Below are positions 49,725 to 57,785 of a stretch of DNA of 64,000 nucleotides, piece by piece. The DNA is from Candidatus Latescibacterota bacterium (GTDB taxonomy: Bacteria; Latescibacterota; UBA2968). The notes under the pieces were generated by a model that did not search any database, was not told where the DNA came from, and was given only the letters and a program-made list of their open reading frames with translations. Each line of letters begins with the position of its first letter. Within the stretch, counting starts at the first letter, position 1. The stretch is taken from NCBI GenBank assembly GCA_965222605.1, contig OZ244960.1, positions 352,001 to 416,000 of the forward strand. Direction: 5' to 3'. Position numbers and translations under genes: made by a program.

Positions 49725-52700
49725 TCATCTGCGAATCCCCAACTCCGGCAAGCCCTCAACAATCTCCACAGTCTCCAAACTCACCGTAATCACCTTCCTA
49801 ATCAGTTTGACGATATATTCCGGATCATCTTCTCGATTCGGATCACTGATGATACCACTTCGTTTGTCCTCTTTGACGCGGTATTGATCAATGATCCATT
49901 CCAACGCCGAGCGATTCCCAAGCCGATAGGCATAAGCTTTCGGTGGAACCCCGTCGAGCGTCAGGAAATCGTTGTACACAATCTGCATCTTGTCTTTGGA
50001 GAACCTCATCTTTTCCACGCGCCAGTTGAGAGGCATATCCGGTGTTTCGATAAACGTGAGCGGATATTCGGGCATGTCCTTATAGCCGATGTGGATTTCC
50101 GATAACCGTTGCCCCGCTTTGGCAAAACTCCAAAAGTCTGGTGTGAGTGGAAGGCGCGGTAATTCCCGCTTGAGGTTGGCTTGATACCGCTCCCGATATT
50201 CTGGGTGATGGAGCAGACCGTAAACATAATGAAAGATGTCCCATTTGGTGATTGCATCATCCTGGTAATGCCTGCGAAATTGTTCCAACGCCCAATCGGT
50301 GATATTCTCACGACGATTTTCCCCGTCCTCATCGTAGGTGTAGAAAGAGAAGCATTGGGTTGCATCAAGAGATGTTAGGGATAGACTGGGAATTATGTCT
50401 GTGCAAAAACACCAATAATCAGTGCGTCCTCCAACGCTTGGAACAATAATCACTAAATTTTCCGATTCTGACTCAGAGGTAGGGAAGATGGACGGAAAAA
50501 CATACACGCGCTCGTTCATCATTCGGTCAAAGTAAAGGTTTGATTTCGTAAATGGACGATAGAGAGATGTTCTTACCTTTTCCTGTGAAAAATCAGTAGT
50601 TTTACCTCTTTGCAAGTTTCGTTTAAGTGTTTCGCTCCACTTGATTTTCGCATCATCCGACATCACAAAATCATCTACATTTTCATCTCGGTTCTCCCGG
50701 TGTTGCCAAATATTAATCTGCTCGTTGTAAGTTTGGATTGTCCGCCTCATATTCTTAGTGAGCACATCTCGGTTAAAGTTGTAAGCCCACGCATCTCGGG
50801 AGGTTGCAATCCCGCGACTGTAAGTCTTAAAAATCACATCATCCACCTCACCTTTTGCCGATTTTGCTTCTCTGGATCCCATAGGGATAAAAGTCTCAAA
50901 TTCAGCGTGGAGTCCTTCTGTGAGCCAAGTGTATCGCTGGTCAGGCGTTATTGTTTTCCATTCGATATTTTGGTAATGTTCCTTTGAATCGAGATAGCGA
51001 TATTTGTCCTCTTTCCGCCAGAACTCATCAACACGGGCGTAAAAGATTTTCGCATGAGTCTCTGGTTGGCTGCTCTTTTTAACGAAAAAATTGATACTAA
51101 CCCCGACCTGTATCCCAAAGACATTGTGTGTTGTCCCTGAGAGCTTTGGGTTCTTGCGAACATTCCCACTCAGATCCAGGATATAAATCGCGTCGAACTC
51201 GTCTGCGAGATGTTTCCGCATCCCATCAAAGGCTATGCCATCGAGAAATCCGTTGTTCGTCACAAAGGCGACAACACCTCCATCTCCTATCCGGTCCGAT
51301 GCCCACCGAATCGCCTTCACATAAGGGTCAGAGAGTGCGTTTTTATTGGTCGCCTTTGAATCTTGTGAATATGTTTCCCTTACCCGCATATCCATCGTCT
51401 TATATTTTCTATTCTTGTTGTTGTCATTCTCATTGACCTGTCCAACGTTATAAGGTGGATTGCCGATAACCACAAACATCGGTGTTTCCTTTTGCCGTTC
51501 CACCCTTTCCGCATTCTTCTCCGTGAACAACACCATCTGCTGTGGCTCTGCCAACTCAAAAGTATCAACCAAGCATATCCCTTCAAATGGCAAATAATGC
51601 TCTGTCGCCTCGTAAAATTCGTGCTCAATATTCATTGATGCGATGTAGTACGGCAGGAGCATCACCTCATTGCAGTGAAGGTTGGACGTGTACTTGTGCT
51701 CAAGCGAGGTTTTGCGAATCTCCCGCATAATTCGTACGATGAAATTGCCAGTGCCAACATAAGGGTCAATAATATGCACACCACCATCAGAAAGAGAACG
51801 GTCAAATTCGGTCTGCAAAATGTGCTCAACGCTTTTCACCATAAAATCGACGATGGGTTGCGGTGTATAGACGATACCGTGTGTATCGGCAACCTTGACT
51901 GAAAAGCCTTGAAAAAACTGCTCATAGACGGTATTGAGAAAATGTTGCTTTTGGGAGAAGTCGTTGATCGTCGCTGCGGTGCGTTCAATCACCACATAAA
52001 AACGATCAAGACTTTGGAGAAAATCATCCCGGCTAAAAGACTGAGATGTGAGGGCGTTGATTACAGTCTCAATTTCGCGGGCAATCACATTTCGGTTGGT
52101 AAAATCGGAATTGCTAAAGACGGTTCGGAAAATCCGCTCGGTCAAAAGATGTTGAATAAGCATCTCCTCAACCGCAGCTTCAGAGAGGTTTGGGTTGATA
52201 GACAATCGACATTTTTCGAGGAAATCTGCAAAGGCGGAAGTAAACCGGCTATTGGTCTCGCGCTCCTTCTGAATTAACGCCGCCAATCCGCTCCCTATCT
52301 CAGGAACTATGTCTTTGAACTGCGCGACTGCCTCTTCCCATTCGGCGTATTCTTGCGGACGGTGGGCAAAGAAAGTTTGGAGCGTCTCAATGAGTTGCTT
52401 TGGATCGGTCAGATCGGCGTTGAGCACTTGACGATCATTCTGCCAGAGGATCGCCCGTTGTGGCGTTTGGAACAGGATGTTGTCACGCGGATAACCCGAC
52501 TCAAACTTATGCTGAACTTCGGTTGGCAGATCATCGTGTATATCCTTTGCCTCCCAATAGCCTTGGGGCAACCGAAAATCGTCAATCAACGCCCCATCAA
52601 CCACAATCCGTTTATTTCGGTTGAGGATCATCGAATGTTCGGGAACGAGCGTCCAATCAAACTGCTTCCCACACGATTCGAGCAGCGATTGAAATGCCGA

Positions 52701-52805
52701 ACGCACGGCGGTTTCATGCGTGACGCCGAGCCGATCAAATTGGCCGAGCGATTCATAGTATGCTTTGACGGGCTTGTGGGTGGGTTTTAGGTTGAGTGTT
52801 GGCAT
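49725..52805 (-). CDS. Single-chain restriction-modification enzyme (Type IIG/ISP-like, no helicase)
   Basis: N-terminal VDG...YWEAKD nuclease, gamma-class MTase (GIVYTP, DPYVGTG, GNPPY) and an ISP-like C-terminal specificity region (YRPF, LKRELPRLP, GNRSALEW). Confidence 0.88.
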   Translation of the reverse strand: MPTLNLKPTHKPVKAYYESLGQFDRLGVTHETAVRSAFQSLLESCGKQFDWTLVPEHSMILNRNKRIVVDGALIDDFRLPQGYWEAKDIHDDLPTEVQHKFESGYPRDNILFQTPQRAILWQNDRQVLNADLTDPKQLIETLQTFFAHRPQEYAEWEEAVAQFKDIVPEIGSGLAALIQKERETNSRFTSAFADFLEKCRLSINPNLSEAAVEEMLIQHLLTERIFRTVFSNSDFTNRNVIAREIETVINALTSQSFSRDDFLQSLDRFYVVIERTAATINDFSQKQHFLNTVYEQFFQGFSVKVADTHGIVYTPQPIVDFMVKSVEHILQTEFDRSLSDGGVHIIDPYVGTGNFIVRIMREIRKTSLEHKYTSNLHCNEVMLLPYYIASMNIEHEFYEATEHYLPFEGICLVDTFELAEPQQMVLFTEKNAERVERQKETPMFVVIGNPPYNVGQVNENDNNKNRKYKTMDMRVRETYSQDSKATNKNALSDPYVKAIRWASDRIGDGGVVAFVTNNGFLDGIAFDGMRKHLADEFDAIYILDLSGNVRKNPKLSGTTHNVFGIQVGVSINFFVKKSSQPETHAKIFYARVDEFWRKEDKYRYLDSKEHYQNIEWKTITPDQRYTWLTEGLHAEFETFIPMGSREAKSAKGEVDDVIFKTYSRGIATSRDAWAYNFNRDVLTKNMRRTIQTYNEQINIWQHRENRDENVDDFVMSDDAKIKWSETLKRNLQRGKTTDFSQEKVRTSLYRPFTKSNLYFDRMMNERVYVFPSIFPTSESESENLVIIVPSVGGRTDYWCFCTDIIPSLSLTSLDATQCFSFYTYDEDGENRRENITDWALEQFRRHYQDDAITKWDIFHYVYGLLHHPEYRERYQANLKRELPRLPLTPDFWSFAKAGQRLSEIHIGYKDMPEYPLTFIETPDMPLNWRVEKMRFSKDKMQIVYNDFLTLDGVPPKAYAYRLGNRSALEWIIDQYRVKEDKRSGIISDPNREDDPEYIVKLIRKVITVSLETVEIVEGLPELGIRR

Positions 52806-52862
52806 TTTGCTTTTTATCCGTCGTAGGTTATGCTTATAAAGTTTGATACTCTATGGGGCACA

Positions 52863-52891
52863 TGTATAGTCACAGAAACCATGTTTGTCAA
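52863..52891 (-). promoter_or_regulatory. Putative sigma70 promoter for the RM/Avs block
   Basis: Minus strand reads TTGACA, 17-bp spacer, TATACA. Confidence 0.5.
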
Positions 52892-52913
52892 CTCAATCCC
52901 CTTATCTGACTCT

Positions 52914-53756
52914 CTATCCTACCTCATAAGCACCCGCATCATCTCGTCGCAATCGCCCCCAGGCAATATCTGGATCGTGCGGCCACACCATAACCCAGTT
53001 CTCGGAAACCGCTCTCTCCATAACCTCTTGCTTAACCAGATAGGTCTGCCGCGGATACAGATCGTAAGCCATCACATAAATCGGCTTCAGATGATGAGTC
53101 GTAGGGATCAAATCCCCCACAAAACAGAACATATCCTCGCCCGTATGCACCAGCACAGATTGATGCCTGCGGGTATGCCCTGGCGTAACCATGACCTCAA
53201 TAAAAGAACAAATATCCTCATCCCCCTCCAACAGCGCGAGCACAGGTGACAACGGCCTCATCACCTCGTCGTATCGGTACCCATTCACCGTCTGACCATC
53301 GGCATTTTCAGCATCGTCCCATTCCCCCTTTTGCACATAATAAGTCGCATTTGGAAAAGCGGGCACATATTCACCATCCTCTTGCACCGTACACCCCCCG
53401 GCATGATCTTGATGCAAATGCGTCAACACAACCCGCGTAATCTCCTCGGGCGCAATATGCAACTCGTCCAGAGACGCCAAAAGCCCATCCGACTCATCAA
53501 GCGCGTAAATCTCCCGTAGCTTCTCCGTCACCTTGCCCCCAAACCCGGTCTCAATCAGCGCAACCTCCCCCTGCCCTCTCACAAGCAAACAATTCATCGC
53601 CAACCCAATGCGATTGCGCTCATCGGGCGGGTAACACTTCTCCCAAAGCGGACGGGGCACAACCCCAAACATCGCGCCGCCATCCATCCTCACATACCCG
53701 GCAGATAAAACCCACACATCGCAACCACCACTTTGTTTATAATCTACAATCGCCAT
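52914..53756 (-). CDS. MBL-fold metallohydrolase (YtnP-like)
   Basis: DGGAMFGVVP, THLHQDHAGG, PGHT, GDLIP and HDP motifs. ATG at 53756 with GGAGGTG. Confidence 0.9.
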   Translation of the reverse strand: MAIVDYKQSGGCDVWVLSAGYVRMDGGAMFGVVPRPLWEKCYPPDERNRIGLAMNCLLVRGQGEVALIETGFGGKVTEKLREIYALDESDGLLASLDELHIAPEEITRVVLTHLHQDHAGGCTVQEDGEYVPAFPNATYYVQKGEWDDAENADGQTVNGYRYDEVMRPLSPVLALLEGDEDICSFIEVMVTPGHTRRHQSVLVHTGEDMFCFVGDLIPTTHHLKPIYVMAYDLYPRQTYLVKQEVMERAVSENWVMVWPHDPDIAWGRLRRDDAGAYEVG

Positions 53757-53848
53757 TCTCACACCTCCAACTTTGCACTTCGCACTTACCTTCTTATATC
53801 TTATCTTATCCCCATATAAAATATTCGCAACAAAAAACAGGAGGAACC

Positions 53849-54616
53849 ATGCCAGCAGCACTCGTCACCGGATCCAGCAGAGGCATAGGCAGAGGCATAG
53901 CGTTTTGCCTTGCCGACGCGGGCTACGACATTCTGGTCAACTACGCAGGCAACCAGGCAGCAGCAGAAGAAACCGCAACAGGTATTCGGGAACGCGGGCA
54001 AAAAGTCCATATATGTCAGGGAGACATAACCCGCATAGAAGATGGCAAACGCCTCGTGGATACCACACTCAACGCCTTTGGTCGCCTCGACATGCTCGTC
54101 AACAACGCCGGCATTGCCCCCCGCGTGCGCGCCGACATACTCGAAGCCACGCCAGAAAGCTATGAAGACGTCATGAACACCAACCTCAAAGGCCCCTACT
54201 TTTTGACCCAATACGCGGCGAACCACATGATAGCACTCAAAAAACAGGGAAAAATACAAACACCGCGCATCGTCGTCATCACCTCCATATCGGCCTACAC
54301 CTCTTCAACAGCGCGCGGCGAATACTGCGTCTCAAAAGCTGGCCTGAGCATGATGACGCGCCTATTTGCCGACCGGCTCGCAGAACACGGCATCCCCGTC
54401 AATGAAATCCAGCCGGGCATCATCCAGACCGACATGACAGGACCCGTAAAAGAGAAATACGACCACCTGATAGCCGATGGACTAACACCCATCCGCAGAT
54501 GGGGACAACCCGAAGACATCGGCAAAGCTGTAGCGGCCATTGGACTCGGCTATTTCGACTTCACAACCGGCGCAGCAATCCCGGTTGACGGCGGATTCCA
54601 CATGCACCGGCTTTGA
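53849..54616 (+). CDS. Short-chain dehydrogenase/reductase
   Basis: TGSSRGIG, NNAG, YCVSK and VDGG motifs. Confidence 0.93.
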   Translation: MPAALVTGSSRGIGRGIAFCLADAGYDILVNYAGNQAAAEETATGIRERGQKVHICQGDITRIEDGKRLVDTTLNAFGRLDMLVNNAGIAPRVRADILEATPESYEDVMNTNLKGPYFLTQYAANHMIALKKQGKIQTPRIVVITSISAYTSSTARGEYCVSKAGLSMMTRLFADRLAEHGIPVNEIQPGIIQTDMTGPVKEKYDHLIADGLTPIRRWGQPEDIGKAVAAIGLGYFDFTTGAAIPVDGGFHMHRL

Positions 54617-54670
54617 TTCAATTTTCAAGCTATATCCCCCAATTTGCCTTTGATTTCCTGGGGTACGAGG

Positions 54671-54699
54671 TTGACATATATTCCCTTATAGCCTACTTT
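54671..54699 (+). promoter_or_regulatory. Putative sigma70 promoter
   Basis: TTGACA (54671-54676), 17-bp spacer, TACTTT (54694-54699). Confidence 0.65.
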
Positions 54700-54748
54700 A
54701 TAAACAGACACAAAACATCGTATTCGACGCTTTCAAGTGAGGACCCAA

Positions 54749-55528
54749 ATGCTGAAACGCTTTTTTGGTAAAGATGACGAAGGACCAGACAATGGTACAA
54801 CAAAAGAAAGACAAATCCACATCGAAGGGCAAGACGAGCACGTTCAGGAAGCCATGGACCTCCTCGCACAAGAGGATCAAGATGAACTCGACGAAGCCCT
54901 TGACGAAGTTAATGAAACCGTAAGAGAAGCCGCCAGAGCCTCCCTGCGCGACCTGAGACTTATGCAAGAGGGCCACTGTCCATCCTGCGGCCACAAAACA
55001 CTGCGGCAATTTCTCTTTACAACTGTGTGTTCCAGTTGCGGTTGGTTTTCATTCATTTCGCCCGAAGAAGGCAAATCTCACATCCACCTGCAAAGTGGAC
55101 GCACCATCGAATGCGGCACCACATTTGACACCAAAGGCGACTTTGTACTCGGCATCACAAATGGCGTTGTACGCGCCAAAGTCTCAAAAGAAAATGTCGA
55201 ATACATCGAATTTTCCTGGACCGACGAAGAAATCCAGCGCAAACGCGAATCCCGCGCAAAAGAAGAAACGGGAATATGCAGCTGGTGCGAAAAATCGCTC
55301 GCAGATGATAATGATGACAATATCATTGTCTATGCGGCTTTTGGCTCCACCCAGGAGCGCTATGTCTTCTGTTCAAACAAATGCAACGAAGCCTTCCAAA
55401 AACAATATCCCATTCGCATTCACAAAAATTGCTACGAACGCTCCTGCCTCGATTGCGACTTGTGCAACAAACGCTACCTGGGCGAAGACGAGACCTTTCT
55501 CAAATTGCTCGAGCAGGGGAAAGTTTGA
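54749..55528 (+). CDS. Hypothetical multi-CxxC (zinc/iron-binding) protein
   Basis: CPSC, CSSC, CSWC, CSNKC and C-x4-CLDCDLC; acidic N-terminus; has its own promoter and terminator. Confidence 0.75.
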   Translation: MLKRFFGKDDEGPDNGTTKERQIHIEGQDEHVQEAMDLLAQEDQDELDEALDEVNETVREAARASLRDLRLMQEGHCPSCGHKTLRQFLFTTVCSSCGWFSFISPEEGKSHIHLQSGRTIECGTTFDTKGDFVLGITNGVVRAKVSKENVEYIEFSWTDEEIQRKRESRAKEETGICSWCEKSLADDNDDNIIVYAAFGSTQERYVFCSNKCNEAFQKQYPIRIHKNCYERSCLDCDLCNKRYLGEDETFLKLLEQGKV

Positions 55529-55560
55529 GAAAGCGGTAAGCAATTAGCCCTAAAAAATCC

Positions 55561-55597
55561 ATCCCCCATCGCAATAATGCGCGATGGGGGATTTTTT
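55561..55597 (+). terminator. Intrinsic terminator between convergent genes
   Basis: ATCCCCCATCGC-8 nt-GCGATGGGGGAT followed by TTTTT. Confidence 0.85.
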
Positions 55598-55632
55598 CGT
55601 GATCTTACATTCCTATTTGCCACTGAACATCA

Positions 55633-56454
55633 TCACTCCTCTGAGGAAATCACATCCTCTTTGGGAAGGGGGTTCTCAGTGCATATCGACTCTAAGAACG
55701 GATACGATATGTGACTGCGTTTTGCTTCGCGTCTTAAACGAAGTTGATAGAGTTCCCGCACACAACGCGCTTTTGTGGCTTCATCGAGCACAGCGGGAAA
55801 GTGTTGTTGAATATAGTACAGCGCGTAGCCTGTTTCCACCTTAATGGGGCCAATCACCTCACCTATCTTAGCGGCAAATAACAAGGGTGCAACATCATTG
55901 GGTAAGTCACGCCGCCCAAGACGCCCGAGATATCCACTAACAGGGCGCGTGTGTTCATCGAGGGAATATTGACGCGCGAGGGTGTGAAAATCTCGCCCTC
56001 CGTCTCTGATCTGCAGGGCAATCTCTTCGGCAATATCCCGTTCATTGACCAGAATCCAGCATATTTCTCGACGTTCAGACGCCAGTTTCTGGCTTGCAAA
56101 ATGAGCTTGAATTTGCTCAGCGGTGATTTGTGCTTTTAGCCGCTCCTGGAGCATCTGGTATTCAATTTCCCGTGCCATGTCAGTGAAGGTGATATTGCGT
56201 TGTGATAACCAATTTTCCGTATCTTCAACACTTTCCAATCTGTTTTTGTACCGCCACTGGTCTATCCCCTTTTGCAGTTTATCACGAGGAATTTTAATTT
56301 TTTCTTGTTGGGCAATTTGAAAGACCAGACCGCGTTGGGTAAAGAGGTCGTGCAATGTGTCCTTGCCGGTCGCTCGCATTGATTTCACGATATGGGATAA
56401 GCGAATTTGTGTCTCGTTTATTTGAATGATGACGGGATCAATTGAATCAGCCAT
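55633..56454 (-). CDS. Parvulin/PpiC-type peptidyl-prolyl isomerase-like chaperone
   Basis: A.EI..QI....DFHTLARQYS.D......GYLG...R.DLP....LF.A..GEVIGPI rotamase pattern, preceded by a helical domain. Confidence 0.82.
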   Translation of the reverse strand: MADSIDPVIIQINETQIRLSHIVKSMRATGKDTLHDLFTQRGLVFQIAQQEKIKIPRDKLQKGIDQWRYKNRLESVEDTENWLSQRNITFTDMAREIEYQMLQERLKAQITAEQIQAHFASQKLASERREICWILVNERDIAEEIALQIRDGGRDFHTLARQYSLDEHTRPVSGYLGRLGRRDLPNDVAPLLFAAKIGEVIGPIKVETGYALYYIQQHFPAVLDEATKARCVRELYQLRLRREAKRSHISYPFLESICTENPLPKEDVISSEE

Positions 56455-57774
56455 TTATTCTCTACCCTCTGGCGAAAGCGCAGCCATTTCGCGCAATTGT
56501 CGCAATGGGTTGAGTGCGAGCATCAAAATGGACAGGCGATCTGTTATGATTTCTGCCGTGCCCTTCATGCCGAACATGAACGCTTTTTCCTCGCCGTGTA
56601 CAAGAATGGTCGTTTTCTCCAGATCAATAATTCCTCTAAACACGGTTCCCGAACCCTCATCGCCCATTGCATCAGGTGAAATCTGTCTCAAATAGCCGTG
56701 CTGGATGCCGTAGTCCTGAAATGGAAATGCTTCAAATTTGAGCTTTACCTTTTGTCCGGATGACAGCAGACCCACATCTTTGTTCAAGATCAGGGCTTCG
56801 GCTACAATCGGTGTCGAGGCCGGTGCAATGGTTACCAGTGTCTGGCCTTTATTGACCACTTGACCGGGGGTATTGACCAGAACTTGTGTGACGATTCCCG
56901 ATTCGGGTGCAAGAATCAAATCGATGTCGGCATCAACAGATCGATTAACCGTTTGTTTCGCCTGTTTGAGTCTGATTGCTGCAATGTCATAAGCATTTTG
57001 GAAATTGGCTCGAGTGCGTTCGAGTTCGAGTCGTTCTTCGAGAATTTGGCGTTTTAAGTCTTTTAGGGAAACCTCATAGCGATTGATCTCTGCCATCCGC
57101 GCGGGTAGTTCTGCCAATGCGCTCAGATAGCGAACTTTGGCTTCATTGCGTGCTGCAAGGCTGATGAGTTTTTTGTCGTACAATTTTTGGTTTTGTTCAT
57201 ATTGCTGTTTCAAATGTTCTACTTCTGCGGAGTGTATTTCGATCTCAATGTCGGGGGTCTGGAAAGTTTCTGTGTGATTCTCAAGTGCTTTCCGATAGGT
57301 CTGCATCGCGGTTTGCATGACGCGAACGCGATGCTCAAGCGCGGATATGGTCTCTTTTGCCAAAATTCTTTTTTGTGGCAGGGTTTGTTGCAAATCAAAT
57401 TCCGCTTTTTTGAATGCGATCTCCGCTTGTTCCAATTCGCGGAACTCTTTGAGGGTTTCTTGTGAACGAAGTCTGAATAATGTCTGCCCTTCGGCAATGT
57501 GGTCTCCCGAATGGATGGCGATTTCCTGGATTTCACCAGAACGCGGTGCCTGGATGTTCTGAACTTTTCCCAATGGGACGAGACGAAATGGGGCCGTTGC
57601 GACAATATCGACTTGACCGTACCAGGCCCATGCTATGGCGATGGCAATAAAAAGCAGTAATACATAAATAAGGGCGCGGCTGAAAAAGGGGTGCAATGAC
57701 CCTAAAAACTCGATGGTGCTTTCGGCCAGATCAGTTTCGTGTTCGGGCGGTTTTTCAACCTGGGCTTCAGCCAT
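56455..57774 (-). CDS. HlyD-family membrane fusion protein
   Basis: N-terminal TM, coiled coil, APxSGxV, KFEAFPFQDYG and ISPDA. Confidence 0.92.
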   Translation of the reverse strand: MAEAQVEKPPEHETDLAESTIEFLGSLHPFFSRALIYVLLLFIAIAIAWAWYGQVDIVATAPFRLVPLGKVQNIQAPRSGEIQEIAIHSGDHIAEGQTLFRLRSQETLKEFRELEQAEIAFKKAEFDLQQTLPQKRILAKETISALEHRVRVMQTAMQTYRKALENHTETFQTPDIEIEIHSAEVEHLKQQYEQNQKLYDKKLISLAARNEAKVRYLSALAELPARMAEINRYEVSLKDLKRQILEERLELERTRANFQNAYDIAAIRLKQAKQTVNRSVDADIDLILAPESGIVTQVLVNTPGQVVNKGQTLVTIAPASTPIVAEALILNKDVGLLSSGQKVKLKFEAFPFQDYGIQHGYLRQISPDAMGDEGSGTVFRGIIDLEKTTILVHGEEKAFMFGMKGTAEIITDRLSILMLALNPLRQLREMAALSPEGRE

Positions 57775-57785
57775 TGGAATTCCGT

